DNA of 64,000 nucleotides from Prorocentrum cordatum. Taxonomy: Eukaryota. The stretch lies in assembly GCA_963575745.1 (NCBI GenBank), contig CAUYUJ010000035.1, positions 1 through 64,000 of the forward strand, written 5' to 3'. Shown piece after piece: positions 26,302 to 41,468 of this stretch (positions are counted from its first letter, which is position 1; each line of letters begins with the position of its first letter). A program made the position numbers and the translations under genes. The notes under the pieces are model-generated. The model was not told the DNA's origin and made no database searches. It was given only the letters and a program-made list of their open reading frames with translations.

Positions 26302-26560
26302 GACGCACGACGAGGTGAACCAGCTGCGCGGGAGCGGCTATCTCCCGATCGGGCGGGTGCCGGCGCTCGAGGTGGACGGCCAGGTGTTCGCGCAGAGCCG
26401 GGCGATCTTGCGCTGGGTGGGGCGCCAGACTAGCTTCTACCCGGACGACCTTCAGATCCAGATCGACCAAGTGGACGAGGCGCTGGTCGACCTGATGAGC
26501 GTTCTGCGCTCGGGCTGGTGCTGGCGGGTCAACAGAAAGACTGACTGTGGGCCCTCTCTG
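26302..26560 (+). CDS. Glutathione S-transferase exon (sigma-like N-terminal domain into the start of the C-terminal domain)
   Basis: LPIGRVPALEVDGQVFAQSRAILRWVGRQTSFYPDDLQIQIDQVDEALVDL matches the GST G-site P.G.VP.LEVDG..QS.AILR pattern. AG|G acceptor at 26300-26302. The 3' boundary is uncertain and other exons were not located. Confidence 0.85.
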
Positions 26561-26712
26561 TCCGCAGCTCCTGCACCCTCCTCCTCCTCCTCCTCCTCCT
26601 CCTCCTCCTTCCTCCTCCTCCTCCTCCTCCTCCTCCTCCTCCTCCTCCTCCTCCTCTCCTCCTCCTCCTCCTCCTCCTCCCCTCCCTCCTCCTCCCCATC
26701 CCGACTGCGGCG

Positions 26713-26761
<49 letters not shown>

Positions 26762-26907
26762 GCACGACGACCCCAGAACTGCCTGCCAGCTGCCCACGGC
26801 GCCGCGGTGGCGGGCTGCCTGGCCGGGCTCGAGGGGGCCGCGGGTCCACCGCCCGCCCGCCTGCTGGGCAGTCCCTCGACGTCGTCGACCTCGTCGCCGT
26901 CGTCGTT

Positions 26908-26991
<84 letters not shown>

Positions 26992-27198
26992 CTGCTCCTG
27001 TCCTTATTCTCTCTGCCCCTCCCCCTCCTCACCCTTTTCCTCCCCACCCCCCTCGTCCTCCTCCGTCCCGTTTCCTCACAAGTAGCTCCTCCCTGCTCAA
27101 GAGCGTGCGCGCGCCGAGCAGGAAGATCGCGATCTCTTGAAGCAAGCCCGCCACCAAGGCAGAACAAAACACCAGCTACACGGCAGACCTGGCTTCGT

Positions 27199-27352
27199 GA
27201 TTCTGGCCCATTGAGGGGCCCTGGGGCCCTACTACTGACCGGGTCCCCTTACCTGGGGTCCTGGCTATACTCGACTGAGATTCTGGCCCATTTAGGGGCT
27301 CTGGGGCCCTACTACTAGCCGGGTCCCCCTACCTGGGGTCCTGGCTGTACCC
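27199..27352. repeat. Two-copy ~80-bp tandem duplication
   Basis: GATTCTGGCCCATT...CCTACTACT..CCGGGTCCCC.TACCTGGGGTCCTGGCT occurs twice. Confidence 0.85.
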
Positions 27353-27479
27353 GAACGATGCGCCAATCAGCGCCAGTTCTATCCGGTCCAGCTTGCGGCC
27401 TTCATCTCGCGTCGCAAAAACTCCTCCCCGTCGCACCCTGGGCGTGTCGGTCGGGCGGGCTGGGCATTCCGCCGGAGAC

Positions 27480-28090
27480 CTCCTCGACGTGCGTGACGAT
27501 CCTGGAAATCGAACTTTGCAGCAGCTTCCACAATGGAAGGCGGGCCGTTTTCAAAATGCGGTTCTCGCCTAAATGCCGTGCGCATGTATCTTCCAAGTTC
27601 GCAAGCAGATTCCACAATGGAGGGTGGGTCGTTTAAAAAACGGGGCTCTCGCCTCAGCCCCGCGCACAATCGTCTTAATCGTGTACAACAGTTTCAAGGA
27701 TGCGGGGCGGCCCGTTTATGAAGTGTAGTTATCGTCGTAGCGCCGCGCAGATTTGTTTTGAAATGCTGCTGCAGCTTCAAAGGCTCGTCAAGTTGAAATC
27801 CCAGAAAAACTGCTCTGGCACGATGTAGGGTTGTTAGGACGCAAAGGTCGTGTTGACCTGCGGTGTCGAAATCCGAGGAATGGTGTTCTGGCGCGGTTTG
27901 CGACTGTCAAGACGCAACAACGGCATTGATTCGCAGCGTTGAAATCTCAGGAATGGTGAGCTGGTGCGATTGAGGATTCTCAAACGGTTGTATTTCAATG
28001 AAGCGCTTGGTCCCCACAGGAACCTATGACGAGGGAACTTGGAGGGAGGTTCTACTGCAGCATCGTCGATGCGTTTTGGGTTCACACTGG
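27480..28090 (+). mobile_element. Dispersed SINE-like element copy 2
   Basis: Diverged ~80-bp units, then CATCGTCGATGCGTTTTGGGTTCACACTGG followed by (TCC)n. Confidence 0.5.
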
Positions 28091-28519
28091 TCTCGCTCCT
28101 CCTCCTCCTCCTCCTCCTCCTCCTCCTCCTCATCCGCATCCTCCTCCTCTTCTTCCTTCCCCTGCTCAACCCACCTTCCCGCTCCTCCTCCTGCTCTTCC
28201 TGATCCCTCCCCCCTCTCGTCTGTCACCTTCTCTCCCACCCCGTCCTGTTCCCTCCTCCTCCTCCTCCTCCTCCTGCCACGTTCTCCCCCTCCTCTTGTG
28301 CCTCCCCGTTCCCATGCCGATGGCTTTCCGAAGCACCTGGAGTGGCTGTTCTGCAGGACGCATGGGGCGCTGGTAGTGTGCGCATGGCGCGCGCCCGAAG
28401 AGGCCCGTGCACAATCGCCCCAAAGGGTGAGGAAGACGTGGCGACACCGGCACACGAGGTGCTTACCTGAAAGACAGCCTGGCGGCGAGACCGAATGTCC
28501 GGCGCATTTCGAGGTCCCC

Positions 28520-28790
28520 GCCTCGAAGCTTCCAACTCGAGGTCTCCACCTCGAGGCGTCCACCTCGAGGTCGCAGTGGTTTCACCCCGTGGCGGCTTTC
28601 ACCTCGCGGCCTTCACCTCGAGGCCTCCAGCTCATGGGCTCTACCTCGAGGTCTTCACCCCCAAGTTTTCAAGGAGAGGCCTTCACCTCGAGGCATCATG
28701 AGGCATCCACCTCGGGGTCCACATCGAGGTCTACACCGCGAGGGCTTCACCTCGAGGGCTTCACCTCGGGATCTTCACCAAGAGGCCTTC
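28520..28790. repeat. ~15-bp CACCTCGAGG minisatellite
   Basis: Repeated TTCACCTCGAGG cores. Confidence 0.8.
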
Positions 28791-28854
28791 GCCTTGTTTT
28801 TTCTTTCTTTTACAGCGATGCTTTCACCGCGGGACGTTTGAGTCTGCGCGATTC

Positions 28855-30170
28855 CCCCGTCGCGAAGCAGTCGCCTCAAGGACGCAGCCCTGCGGCAAGG
28901 CAGGCGGTCATGCATGCCCTCGCGTCGAGCGCTTTACCAAAGTTCGTCGCCTTTTGGGCGCTGCGTGGCGGGATCGCCAGATTTCGTGCCTCCGCGAATC
29001 CCGCTCGCTTGCCCCTGTCGCAAGGCAGACGCCTCAAGGACACAGCCCGGCGGCAAGGTCGGCGGCCCTGCACATTCTCACGTCTATCCGATCACCAATG
29101 TTTGTCGCCTTTTTGGACGCTGGCTGGCGGCAGTGCCAGACTCCACGCGCCCACCAATCATGCGCGCTCATCCCCGTCGCGAGGCAGTTGCCTCAAGGAC
29201 ATTGCCTGGCGGCAAGGGCGGCAGTCCTGCGCGCTCTCGCCTCTCCCGTCACCGCGGCTTGTCTTTTTGTTTGGATGCTGGCTGGCGGCAGTGCTGGCTC
29301 TCGTGCCGCCGAAAGTCGGCGCGCTTGCCCGTGTCGCGAGGCAGTTGCCTCGAGGACGCAGTCCGGCGTTAAGGCTGGCGGTCGTACGCGTTCTCGTCTC
29401 TCCAGTCACCGCGTTTCGTGCTCCTTTGGGCGCTGACTGGCAGCAATGCTGATTTTCGTGCGCCCGCAGATTCTACGCGCGCACCCCTGTCGTGAAGCAC
29501 CTGCGTCCAGGACACAGCCCGGCGGCAAAGTCGGCGGTCCTGCACGCTTTCACGTCGAACCGCTACCAAGCTTCGTCCCCTTTTGGACGCTGGCTGGCGG
29601 CAGTGCCAGCCATCGTGCGTCTGGAGATTATGCGCGCCTACCCCCGTCGCGCGGCAGTTGCCTCAAGGCCGCAGCCTGGCGGCAAGGTCGGCGGTCCTGC
29701 GCATTCTGAAGTCTAACCGATAACCAATGCTTGTCTCTTTCTTGGACGCTGGCTGGCGGCTTTGCCAGACTCCGCGCATCCACAAATTATGCGCGCTCGC
29801 CCTCGTCGCGAGTCATTTGCCTCAAGGACATTGCCTGGCGGCAAGGCCGGCGGTTCTGCACGCCCTCGCGCCTCCCTGGATCTCACGGTCTGCCTCTTTT
29901 TGAACGCTGCCCGGCGGCAGTGCCAATCTTCGCACATCGTACGTTTCAGCGCGATTGCCTCCGTCGCGAGGCAGTTGCCTCAAGGCCACAGCCCAGCGCC
30001 CAGGTCGGCGGTCCTGCACTCTCTCACGTCTGCCTGGTTCTCACGGGTCGTCTCCTCTTGGACGCTGCCTGGCGGCAGTGCCAGCTCGCGAGCGTTCGGC
30101 GATTCCACGCGCTTACACCTGTCGCGAGGCAGACGCCCCAAGGACACAGCCAGGTCGCACTCCTGGACGG
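28855..30170. repeat. ~158-bp tandem satellite, about 9 diverged units
   Basis: CGCGAGGCAGTTGCCTCAAGGAC-like anchors at ~28861, 29019, 29178, 29335, 29491, 29648, 29807, 29966 and 30123. Confidence 0.85.
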
Positions 30171-30746
30171 AATGCATTAGTAAGTGTCTGTTGGCGGTCC
30201 TCTTGGTCCGGGCTAACTTGCCTGCCGTCCGCCCAGACGACGTTGCACTTGCACCGCGATCTCCCTTCTTCGCCTCCCCCCCCCGCGCCGCACAAAAATA
30301 GGACGGAGCATAGCAGGGCTGGGAATCGTAATCGCCAACCGACCGCGGCGGCAGGTGGCAGATGGTCTCGCCACTGTCTTCCGGCCTACCCTGTGACACA
30401 GTTACGGGTCAAGATCTGGGTCGTATTCGTGCCATTTGCCTATCAGAGTACATGTCTGCCCCTCTGCAGCGCGCGTGTACATGTAGCGAGGGTATCGCCC
30501 CACACGCTTGCAGGAGGTGCGGGCGTGCACCAGAAGAATATTTAAATGCCCGAATTTCCGTCCCCGGATTTCCTACCGGGGACGAGAACTCAGAATTCCG
30601 GACGCGCCGGCCCATCCGTTATCGAATGGGCGCGCCGTCCGCCGGAGCTCTCACGCAGCATCCGTGATACAAGAGTTCCGTCCATGATCGAGCGGGTTCC
30701 CAGCCCGACCCCCGAAGTAAAAGAGCATATGTAGCATAATAGCTTA

Positions 30747-30919
30747 CAGTCAACCCGTATAGTAAGGATGTGCGATAAGGACGCAAAGGCCTTGGACGCC
30801 AATTTCAAAGCTTTTCGAGCGGGGCGCGGCCAACGAAAGTCGCCAAGAATGGACCGAGGAGGCAAGGATATAAGGGTACCCTTGGGAAGGTTGCCCATCC
30901 TTACAGTGCGGGTTGACCG
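30747..30919. mobile_element. MITE with ~27-bp TIRs (CAGTCAACCCG...; Tc1/pogo-like end)
   Basis: Left CAGTCAACCCGTATAGTAAGGATGTGC versus right reverse complement CGGTCAACCCGCACTGTAAGGATGGGC. TA on the left flank, CA on the right. Confidence 0.55.
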
Positions 30920-32079
30920 CACTGTCCAACCTGTTAACTCAATGGAATGATGTCAGCATGACGCGCGAAGCGGATTTTTCAAACGATGAAACTGTATGCT
31001 GTGTCGACCTGCCTACTGGGCCACGTTGAGACCGCCTGGGGGCCTCTCGAGGACCTCTGGAGGCCTTCCTGCTGCTCTGGCAGGTTCCATCGTGAAGGTC
31101 CACGCTGTTGATTTCACTTGTGGGCCTTTTTGTGGCCGCCATGTTGGCCCTCTTGCTGCCTGGCTGCGACTCTGGCAAGTTACCAACCCAGAACGACCTC
31201 GTTCCGTGCGGTCTGGACCATAGCCCCAGGCCATTCGCACCATCGGGCCACCGTTCCCTTCAGGGTGGTTCCTTCAGGAAACTAGGCCCACTAACGGGGT
31301 CAAGGCATCCCGAAGCAATATTACCTCAAGTCCTCCTCCTCCTTCTCCTTATAACCTGCTCGTTCCCCTGCTCCTGCCGTAGACGCAGTTCCTGCTCTTG
31401 CTGCTGCTTCTCCCCATCGTCCTCCTCCTCGTCATCGTCCTTGTCCTCTCTGTCTCCTCCTCCTCATCCTCCTCCTCCTCCTCCTGTGCCCCCTCCTCCA
31501 CCTCCAACGACGACGACAGAGACGAAGACCAATACCGTCACCGCGCGCGCGCGCTCGCGCGCTGAAGACTCGGCCGGCCCCACGCCATGGACGGCTGCGG
31601 GGCGAAGTTCGCCATGCGCCACCTCGCGGAGGGGAGCTGTCTCCGCAGCGCGCGCCTCCTCCTTCTCCTCCTCCTCCTCCCCTCCTCCTCCTCGTTGTCG
31701 TCCTCTTCGCCTCGTCATTATCCTCGTCCTCCTCTTCTTTTTGTTCTCCGTATGATCACTATTACCATTACTATCGCTACTACTATGACTATTATTCCTC
31801 CTCCTCCTTTTCTTCTCCACGATCCCCCCCTCGGCCCCCCTAGACCCCCACACGCACACACACAATCACTCACGCACGCACGCACACACTTTTTGTTAAT
31901 TCGCGGACGGCTGGTTCAACCCAGCGAAGGCGTTAACAGGATGCACACGCACACACGCAGACCACACACAAACACACAAGCACAAAACAAACGAACACAC
32001 AACCGTTTGTTTTGCTTCGGCGGCTGGGCAGAGGGACTGCTCTGGCGATGTAGCATTAGTGCGCCACACAAAACGCGAA

Positions 32080-33771
<1,692 letters not shown>

Positions 33772-33899
33772 AATGCCGACGGTAGCCAGGGAGCCGCCAG
33801 GGGAGGGGGCGCGAAACCCAATGCCGAGCCAGCCACCGCTGGCGCGCGCGCTCCCCTGACGCGAGAGCTATCCCGGCACGCGCGCAGGTGCTTGGCCTG

Positions 33900-34528
33900 C
33901 CTGCAGCGCCTCCAGCAGCCTCCAGCATGGCGTCGCCCTCGAGCTCTTCTCGATCCATATAGTCGAGGAACGCGCCCGAGCGCCAGCAGCCCGCACGGAG
34001 AATCTCTGCGAGCCTGCCACCGCTGCGGCGTAAAGTCTCCGCGTGGCCACGCCGGAAGGACTTCGTGCAAAAGTGCGCGGAGTCGCGCTCGCCGGCCTCA
34101 TGGGCGAGCCGCCGCGCCAAGCTGAGAATGCACCCGCACGACATGTGCGCAAACGGCGCGGCGCCCGCCGGCGCGCGGTCGAAGATGGCCCCGAGGGCGT
34201 GCACGGGGCAAGTGGTTGTGCACGCCGCGCACCAGCAGCTGCGCACGATGCGCGAGGGATGGTCGACGTGTTTGCGTCTACTCAAATGCAGGGTGACACG
34301 GCCGCCGGCGAAGAATACAACCGCGCGTGCCTTGCGCGCGCGACAATCCTCGTCAGAGAAGGAGAAGGACGCGGCCATGCGCGGGTCACCCTTCTCGATT
34401 CGGATGCCCTCCGACGGCGCTCTAAGAGCGAACCTTGCCAGTTTTCTGCACATGCGGACATGCGCAAATCCCACAGCCCGCCTGCTGCGCGCCAACGCCA
34501 ACGTGGGTTGCGCAACGCATGTCTGCAC
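33900..34528 (-). CDS. Tyrosine recombinase catalytic domain (DIRS/Crypton-type)
   Basis: FALRAPSE (Arg I), LSRRKH (Lys), CPVH, TKSFRRGHA (HxxR box with K for H), GCWRS (Trp) and FLDY (Tyr nucleophile) in one open frame. Preceded by an AT-rich tract ending TTTCAG|G. The 3' boundary is approximate. Confidence 0.85.
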
Positions 34529-37500
34529 CTGAAATACATTCAAACATACATATTTGTATATATTATATGCATATGGGCTGCTAAATTATCTGATCGTCGA
34601 CGCATGAAATGAGTGAACGGTTCTCTTGTGTGAGCATCTTGCGATCAGAAAATGATGTGTTTTTTTTTTTTTTTCATTGAATGCTCTGCATTGCGGTTTC
34701 GATTGCAGGTCGTCGTGGTCTGTCGCCTTGACATGTCCCGCGGTGCACTCCCGTGGCGCGTCCCCACCTTCATGCGCATTTCGGACTTATCCACTAAGGT
34801 TATATAGCGATAGGTGTTAAACACTTATTATAAGCCAGCTCGCTCGCATAATAAGTACTGATACGTACTAAGTTAGGTCGAAAGTTAAGCCATTCTTAAG
34901 TCAGAACTGACTCGAAGTTACGCGCATGCTAATAAGGCCTTTAGTGCCCCCCCTGGCTGCATCGAAAGTTGCAAAAGGTATATCGAAATAAAACGGCGAC
35001 GCCGGTCGAGCGCATTTTGAACCGCGTTTTCGGCGAAACTCTGGAGGTGGCCGGGGCCAGGGGCATGCCGAAGGAGCGGCGACGCCATCCGAGCGTGCCC
35101 CATGGGCCCTTGGAAAATTTCCCCATGTTGCTTGCTCGCGCACTACGTGCGTGATGCAATGTGATGCGCCATGGTTTGTTCTTTGGTTTGGGGGGTTACG
35201 GCGGAGGCGGGGGAGGTTCATGCAATGGCCAATGTGCCAACCCGCCAGGCCCGTCGCCGTGGGCCCCGCCGCCGAGCCGTGGAGCGGCACGGCGGCGGGG
35301 CGTGAGTGTTTTTTGGGGTCCTCTGGCGGTCGCGCTGGCAGTCGGCGACAGGGGCAGCGCGGGTCTGAGTCTTGTGGGCGTGCCACGGGTGCCCTCGCAA
35401 GGAGGGCGGCGGTTCGGGGGCGGAGGAGGACGGAGGATATTCTGTGTTTTCTGTTTGGATGCCCCCTGTGTGTATGCATGTGCACATACATGTGCCGATA
35501 TATCTATATATAGATAAAATGCGTGTATCCTTATCCTGGCAGGGGAAAGGATCGCCCGCTCGCTGGCCGATCGCGGGCCCCCCAGGCGCCCGCCAGGCGC
35601 CCTCCTTCGGCCCCCCCCCCACGCCAGTCAGCCAGCCAGGACCAGTGGCGCTGGTGACAGTGACAGAAGGGCAGGAGGGGAAGGAAAAGGGGGGCAGGTC
35701 GCGCGCTTCGCGGCTCCACGGCTCCACCGACAGCCGCAGCGGTTCGCGCGTTCCCCACGCGTTTCGCGGCTAGGGGGCTCAATCGAGTTCATTCTGCAGC
35801 GGCTGGCCGTCGTCAGACAAATTGGCCCCCGTGGCCAGGGGGGGCTCTCCACGTCGGGATGGGGAATTTGGAAGACATGTAAACGATTAGCGCAACCCTA
35901 CCAGACCATCCAGAAACGATGCCCAGAGGAATTGCCGCGATCAGGGAAGTGGGCAACGCGCAATGAAAGGAAGGGTCCCCCAGTGGAGGCCTCTTGGAGC
36001 GTTTTGGGAGCCGCTCGGTCCTGGACGCCAACAGCGCATTGGGTGCCTCGGAAAGCTGCTTGGGGCTTTCTTGGGGTCTCTTGGGGAGCGTTTTGGAAGC
36101 TTCTTGGGCGCTTGCGGGGCCACCCAGCGCCTCCTGGGCGCCTCGCGGGGCTCTCTTGGAGCGCTCTCGGGGGCCTTGGGGCCGCTCTCGGGGCCATCTT
36201 GGAGGACAACGAGAGGGGGGCATTACTTAGCGCTGCCTTTCGGGCGCTCCTGGGGCGCTCTTCGAGCACTCTCGGGTGCTCTTGGGGCAGTCTCTGGGCC
36301 CTCTTGAGTTTCTATTGCGGCCCTCTTGGGCCATGTTGGAGTAAACGCGTCGGATGGCCATCGGACGTGCAAAGGCGAGAAAGCCAAACACAGTGATTGC
36401 CCGATGGCTTTGGAAGGATGTTGGCCTCTTCGGGGCCTCCTGGGGGAGCTATTTGGCCACTTGGGGCCGTCTTGGAGCGGTCTTGGGGGCATTTGGGAGC
36501 CAGTGTGGGACATTTCGGGGAATATTGAGCCATCTTGGAGGCCATCGCGGGCTCTCCCAGGCGCTCAGCAGCCATCTTAATCAGCGCCCCCCCCCCCCCC
36601 CCCCCCCCCCCCTCCCCAAGAGGCCAGCGTCTTAGCAAAACCAATGAGTTTTGCATTCTTGCCGAGGCATCTTGGATCATTTCGGGTGCCTATGGGGGGG
36701 TCTTCTGGGGCCTCATGGCGCTCATTGGGAGCCTCTCGGGTGCGTCCTGGGGGCATCTTGGGGCGCCTTGGCCACTTCGTTGGGCCCCCATTGGGGCGCC
36801 CATGGGAGCCGTGGGGGCCATAGTTGGGCCATCTTGGGTGAGATCGATCACAGGTTGATGGGGGAGAGGGGGGGGGGGGCTAATTCGCCACCCATTCCCC
36901 CCCCCCATCAGGAAGCCAACGTGGGGCCAAAACCTCAATAGAACCAAAGATGCTGGCGTCCTCGCCGAGGCAGCCGTTTTGGGCGCCCCGACGCCCCAAG
37001 GGCCCCCCCGCCCACGTCCGCGGGGAGTTTGCATGGGGGGGGGCCCGAAGGGGGAAAAGGAGGGGTGGAAGAGGTAACCAATTAAACCACCGACGCCCAG
37101 AGGGTTGGTGGGATTGCACCTGGTTTTCTCCATTGGGCTTTCGATTGCGCATCGTGGAAAGCATTCGCGTCGAGTTTCTCGCGCGGGCTGCATTTGCACG
37201 TTTGATCTTGGAGTAGCAGAAGACAGATGGGCGTTTCTTGGCAATCGTTTGCAATCGTTTGGCGCACATGGATTTCCAACAATAGTGAAGGCAAATCATC
37301 GCAGCGGAACGGCACGCGAAAAGGGGTTCGGCCTCTCGTTGAGATTTCGTTTGTTTGTTTCAACAAAAAATGCGCCGCGTTTCTCATGCAGGGTTGTTCC
37401 TTAAGTAAGCGGCGATATGTTAGGAGTTTGCGCCCATGCGGGCTGGGAGATGCTACGTGTCGCTATTAATTGTGCGCGCTGGTTCGGGTTGCCCGGAGAA

Positions 37501-38679
37501 GTTCCGAGCGACCTTTAGAGGGCCCGCGACAACGTTTTCCAAAGTGGCCCATTTGGGTGGGTGTGGACCCGTTTGTCGTAGGAGGAAGCCCCCGAGGGCC
37601 CCGAGGCGAGTCGAACGGTGTTCAAGACTACCCATTAGGCCCAATACAGACCAGGGCGCCCACAAGGCCCTCAGAAGGCACCACGAAGGCACCGCGGAGC
37701 CCCAGGCAAGCCCAAGAAAACAAAGAACACAACGAGCAGCCTTCGAGATGCCCCAAGCTACCTCCAAGAAAAAATGGAGGCTGCACCTAGAAGCTTTGAC
37801 CCACAACCCAGGCGCGGCAATGGGATGGGCGGAAAGCCATTATATATAAGTTCTCACGCACAGGTTGGGAGATTGTCATTCGGGCACGTGGATGGGCCAT
37901 CCATCTGATAGGCGCGACGCTGCCACTCCGACCACATTGAGTCAGAACACCTCTCAAAATACAAGATATAAGGACATGCTATCATCGCATCGCCCCTGCC
38001 GCTGTCACAGCGGCCGAAGCGTCGCAGCCACCAGCAAGACTGAAAACAAACAAAAAATCTTCTCGGGATCTCTCTTGGACGGCGGGCGAAGGAGGCCCGG
38101 GGGTCAGGGGGGGCTTGGATCGGAGCCCGGACCGCGGACGGATGAAGGGCGGCCCCGAGCGCGCCCCCCCCCCCGACATGGCCCCCTCGCCGCGCCGCTG
38201 GTTCGCCCCGAGTGGCGTGAGTGGGCGGGCCCTGCGAGAGGATGGAGGGCGCCAGTCGGGCGGCCGAATAAAGGTCGGAGGACTCTTAAACATTCTCGCC
38301 CTCGGCCTTGATGGGGCCTCTGATGGTGTTGTTTCGGGTCTCTTGGGGGCCTCTCGGGGCTTCTCGGGCGTTTTTTTTTGGAACCTCTTGGGGTCTCCCG
38401 AGGGCCTCTAAGAAGCAAAGAGGCTAGAATATTCGCTTCCTGCTCTGCGGCAGCCGCCCCGCCCCCTCGGGCGAGGCGGAGGGCGTCGTTAAAATGCATG
38501 GCCCACGGGGCGGCGGATGGGGGGGAGGGCAAGAGGCACGAGGGGGGGCAGCAACGGCAGCAACGGTGCCAGCGAAAAAAAACGGCGATGCCCCGAGCCG
38601 CCGATTGTTGGGTCCTCGATCCTCGATTTGGATCCATGCGCCCCACCGTTATCATGTCCCTCACCCCTCACACCCTCAT

Positions 38680-39110
38680 CATTATCCTTGTCGTCGTCCT
38701 CCCTTCTCCTCCCCTTCATTATCCTTCTCCGTTTCCGTGTCGCTATCATTTTCCTCGCCCTCATCATCATCAACATCATCATCTTCAGTACCATCAACAT
38801 CGTTACCCTCATCACAGTCATCATCGTCACATCCTCATCGTCAACATCGCCGTCATTGCCCTCCACATCACCATCGCCATCATCATCATTAACAAAACCA
38901 TCATCATGCCCTCATCCCCCTGCTCATCCGAATAAGCATCAGCATCATCGGCAGCATCATCATCATCGTCATCATCAGCATCGTCATCAGCATTGTCACC
39001 ACCATCATCATCATCAACAACATCATCATCATCACCATCGTCATCCTCATCATCATCGTTACCATCATCCTCGTCATCCTCATCCTCGTCATAGTCCTCA
39101 TCATCACCCT
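38680..39110. repeat. Degenerate (CAT)n microsatellite
   Basis: Read directly. Confidence 0.9.
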
Positions 39111-39960
39111 CGGGCGTTTCGCCGACTACGTGAACGTCGAGGGCGAGTGCCTTCAAGGCCACCGCCCGCCGCCGCCGGGCTGGGAAAGGGGATTGGGGGG
39201 GAAGAGAGAAGGGCAAGGGCGAGGGGGAGGAGGGGGGGAAAAGATGAGCTGGAGAAGTGGGAGAGGGAGGGGGAAGGAAAAGGGAGAAGAACCTAGAGGA
39301 GGAGCAGGAGCAGGAGCCAGAGCACAGAGCAGGAGGTTAGAGAAGGGAGAAGGACGGGCGAAGAGGAGTAGGAGGGGGAGGGGGGGGAGGAGGAGGAGGG
39401 GGATGGAGGAGGAGAAGGAGGAGGAGGGAGAGGAGGCCAAAGCAGACGATGCGCACATCGTCATGTCCCGCAGGTCGCAGCGACGGCCTGGTGCCGTCGC
39501 CGCGTCGATGATTGGCCAAGCACGGGCACGGGCGCGGGCACGGGCGACGGCCTGGCGCCGTCGCCGCGACGGGCGAGAGCACGGGCGTCGGCCCGGGCTG
39601 GACGGGCGTCGGGCTGGGCCGGACCGGGCCGGGCCGAGAGCACGGGCGTCGATAACGATTGGGCCGGGCGGGCGTCGATAACGATTGGGCCGGGCGGCCG
39701 ATTGGGCCCTCGAGAGGCCCCAGGCAGGGGCCCAGGGCCCCCTCGAGAGGCCAGTTGCTGGACATCCTCATCCTCCTCGTCTTCCTCCGCCTCCTCCTAC
39801 TCCTCATCCTACTCCTTTTCCTCCTCCTCCTCCCTCCTCTTGTTCCTCTGCCTTCTCCTCGTCCTCGTTCTCCTCCTCCTCCTCCTCCTCCTCCTCCTTC
39901 TCCTCCTCCTTCTCCTCCTCCTCATATGCCTCCTCCTCCTCGGCATTGGCAGAGGCTCAA

Positions 39961-41453
39961 TCAGGCCTCCGCCGAGTCGGCGGGGCTGTCCTCCACCGCC
40001 GCCTGGATATTATCCTGGCCGTCGTCGGCGCTGAACTTGGCCCTCTTCTTCGCCCCGTCGTCGCCTCCCGCGAGCTTGTTCAACTTTGCTGCCGGCCGTT
40101 TTTTCTCTGACGAGGCTTTGGCCATGGCCTTCGACTTCTTTGCTGGAGCTCCCCCTTCTTGGCGCTGGCCTTGGCTTTCGACTTCTTTGCTGGAGTCTCG
40201 ATGGCACCATCGTCGGCAGCTTCTTCATCTGGGTCGTCCTCTGCCTCCCCCTCATCATCTCCCTGCTCTTGTCCGTCATCCTCGGCGCACTCATTGCCAT
40301 CGTGGCCCTCGTCATCGTGCGGCTCGTCCTTCTCCGCGAAGAGGGCCGCCAACGCAGGCTGGTAGATCGGCGATCCCTCCTGTTGAATGATCTCCCACGT
40401 CTTTGTCTCCAGGAACTCGATGACAGCCGTCTTGTGCGCCTCTGTGAGGCAGAACCCTATGCACGGCAACTTGTGAACGACGCAATACAGCGCCCTGCCC
40501 CCGGTGCCAACCGTCAAGTCGACGTGGCCGACTGCTGGCCACGAGTGAGATACTTCGGAATCCAGAACCAGGGGATGGCAGTGGTAGAACGGAGGCTCCT
40601 TCCCGTCGCCGTAGTCAGGCTTGTCGGTCTTCTCCTTCGTCGCGCCCCCAACTGCGATATTCGCAGCCTTGCCGAAGATCTCCTTCACCTGCTCCGTCGG
40701 CACACGTAACATGTCATCTGAGTTGTTCCACTTGGCGGCCTGGATGTATCCGATGATCTCCCCCTGGTTTGTCCCCTCGAAATACTTGTGGTCTTTGCCA
40801 ATCACGCGCGAGGCTGAGGCAGTAATCAAGGATAAGTGCTCGACCTGGGCCACTGGCCCCACGCTTCCACGGTTACGGGACAATCGAAGTCTCAACGATT
40901 TCTCACTGTAAATACATTTTACCACTCTCGAAGACTTCGTCATGGCAGCCCCCTCGACGTTCGTGAAGGGCTTCCCGGTGAGCTGCACATCGTTGCCGTG
41001 CTTCATGCCGTCGTAGATCACGTACAGGTCGCCGTCCTTGAGCGCCTCTGCGGTGCCGCCGCGTGCCCGGATAGCGGCCCCGATCATCTTCGCAGCGTGG
41101 CCGCCCGCGTTCCTCAATGGCGGAACCCTGATGTGTGGTTGTGAGTTCGCACGGCCAGCTACTTTTGGATCATAAGTGATATGCACGAAAGAGTTGCCAA
41201 TCTTGTTGCCCCGATCATCGTGATCGATGTCCCCGGTGACCGTTGCCACGTTGCTCTCTGCGATGAGGGCGCTGACTTGCTGGTCGGTGTTGGGCTCCAC
41301 CTCCGGCCTGATAGTGCTCACCAGGCGCTTGGCGTAGTTCTGGAACCTCACCAGCTTGCTCTGCTTGTCCTCCGACATCGGCTTGGCTGGGGCCACGCGG
41401 GCAAACTTCACAAGGTCAAGATTGGCGTCATCGTCGGCTGGCGGCCTCAGAAT
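39961..41453 (-). pseudogene. Exon 2 of a gene encoding a divergent beta-class N4/N6 DNA-methyltransferase-like domain with acidic and Lys-rich tails
   Basis: Over 440 codons of non-repetitive open frame. Motif order TVTGD / NSFVHITYDPK / LKDGDLYVIYD / QVEHL / FYHCHP / VDLTVGTG / IGFC. A frameshift near 40150 continues PAKKSKA...DSAEA* to 39961. CTAG|ATT acceptor is in frame. Confidence 0.55.
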
Positions 41454-41468
41454 CTAGAGCGAACCAAA

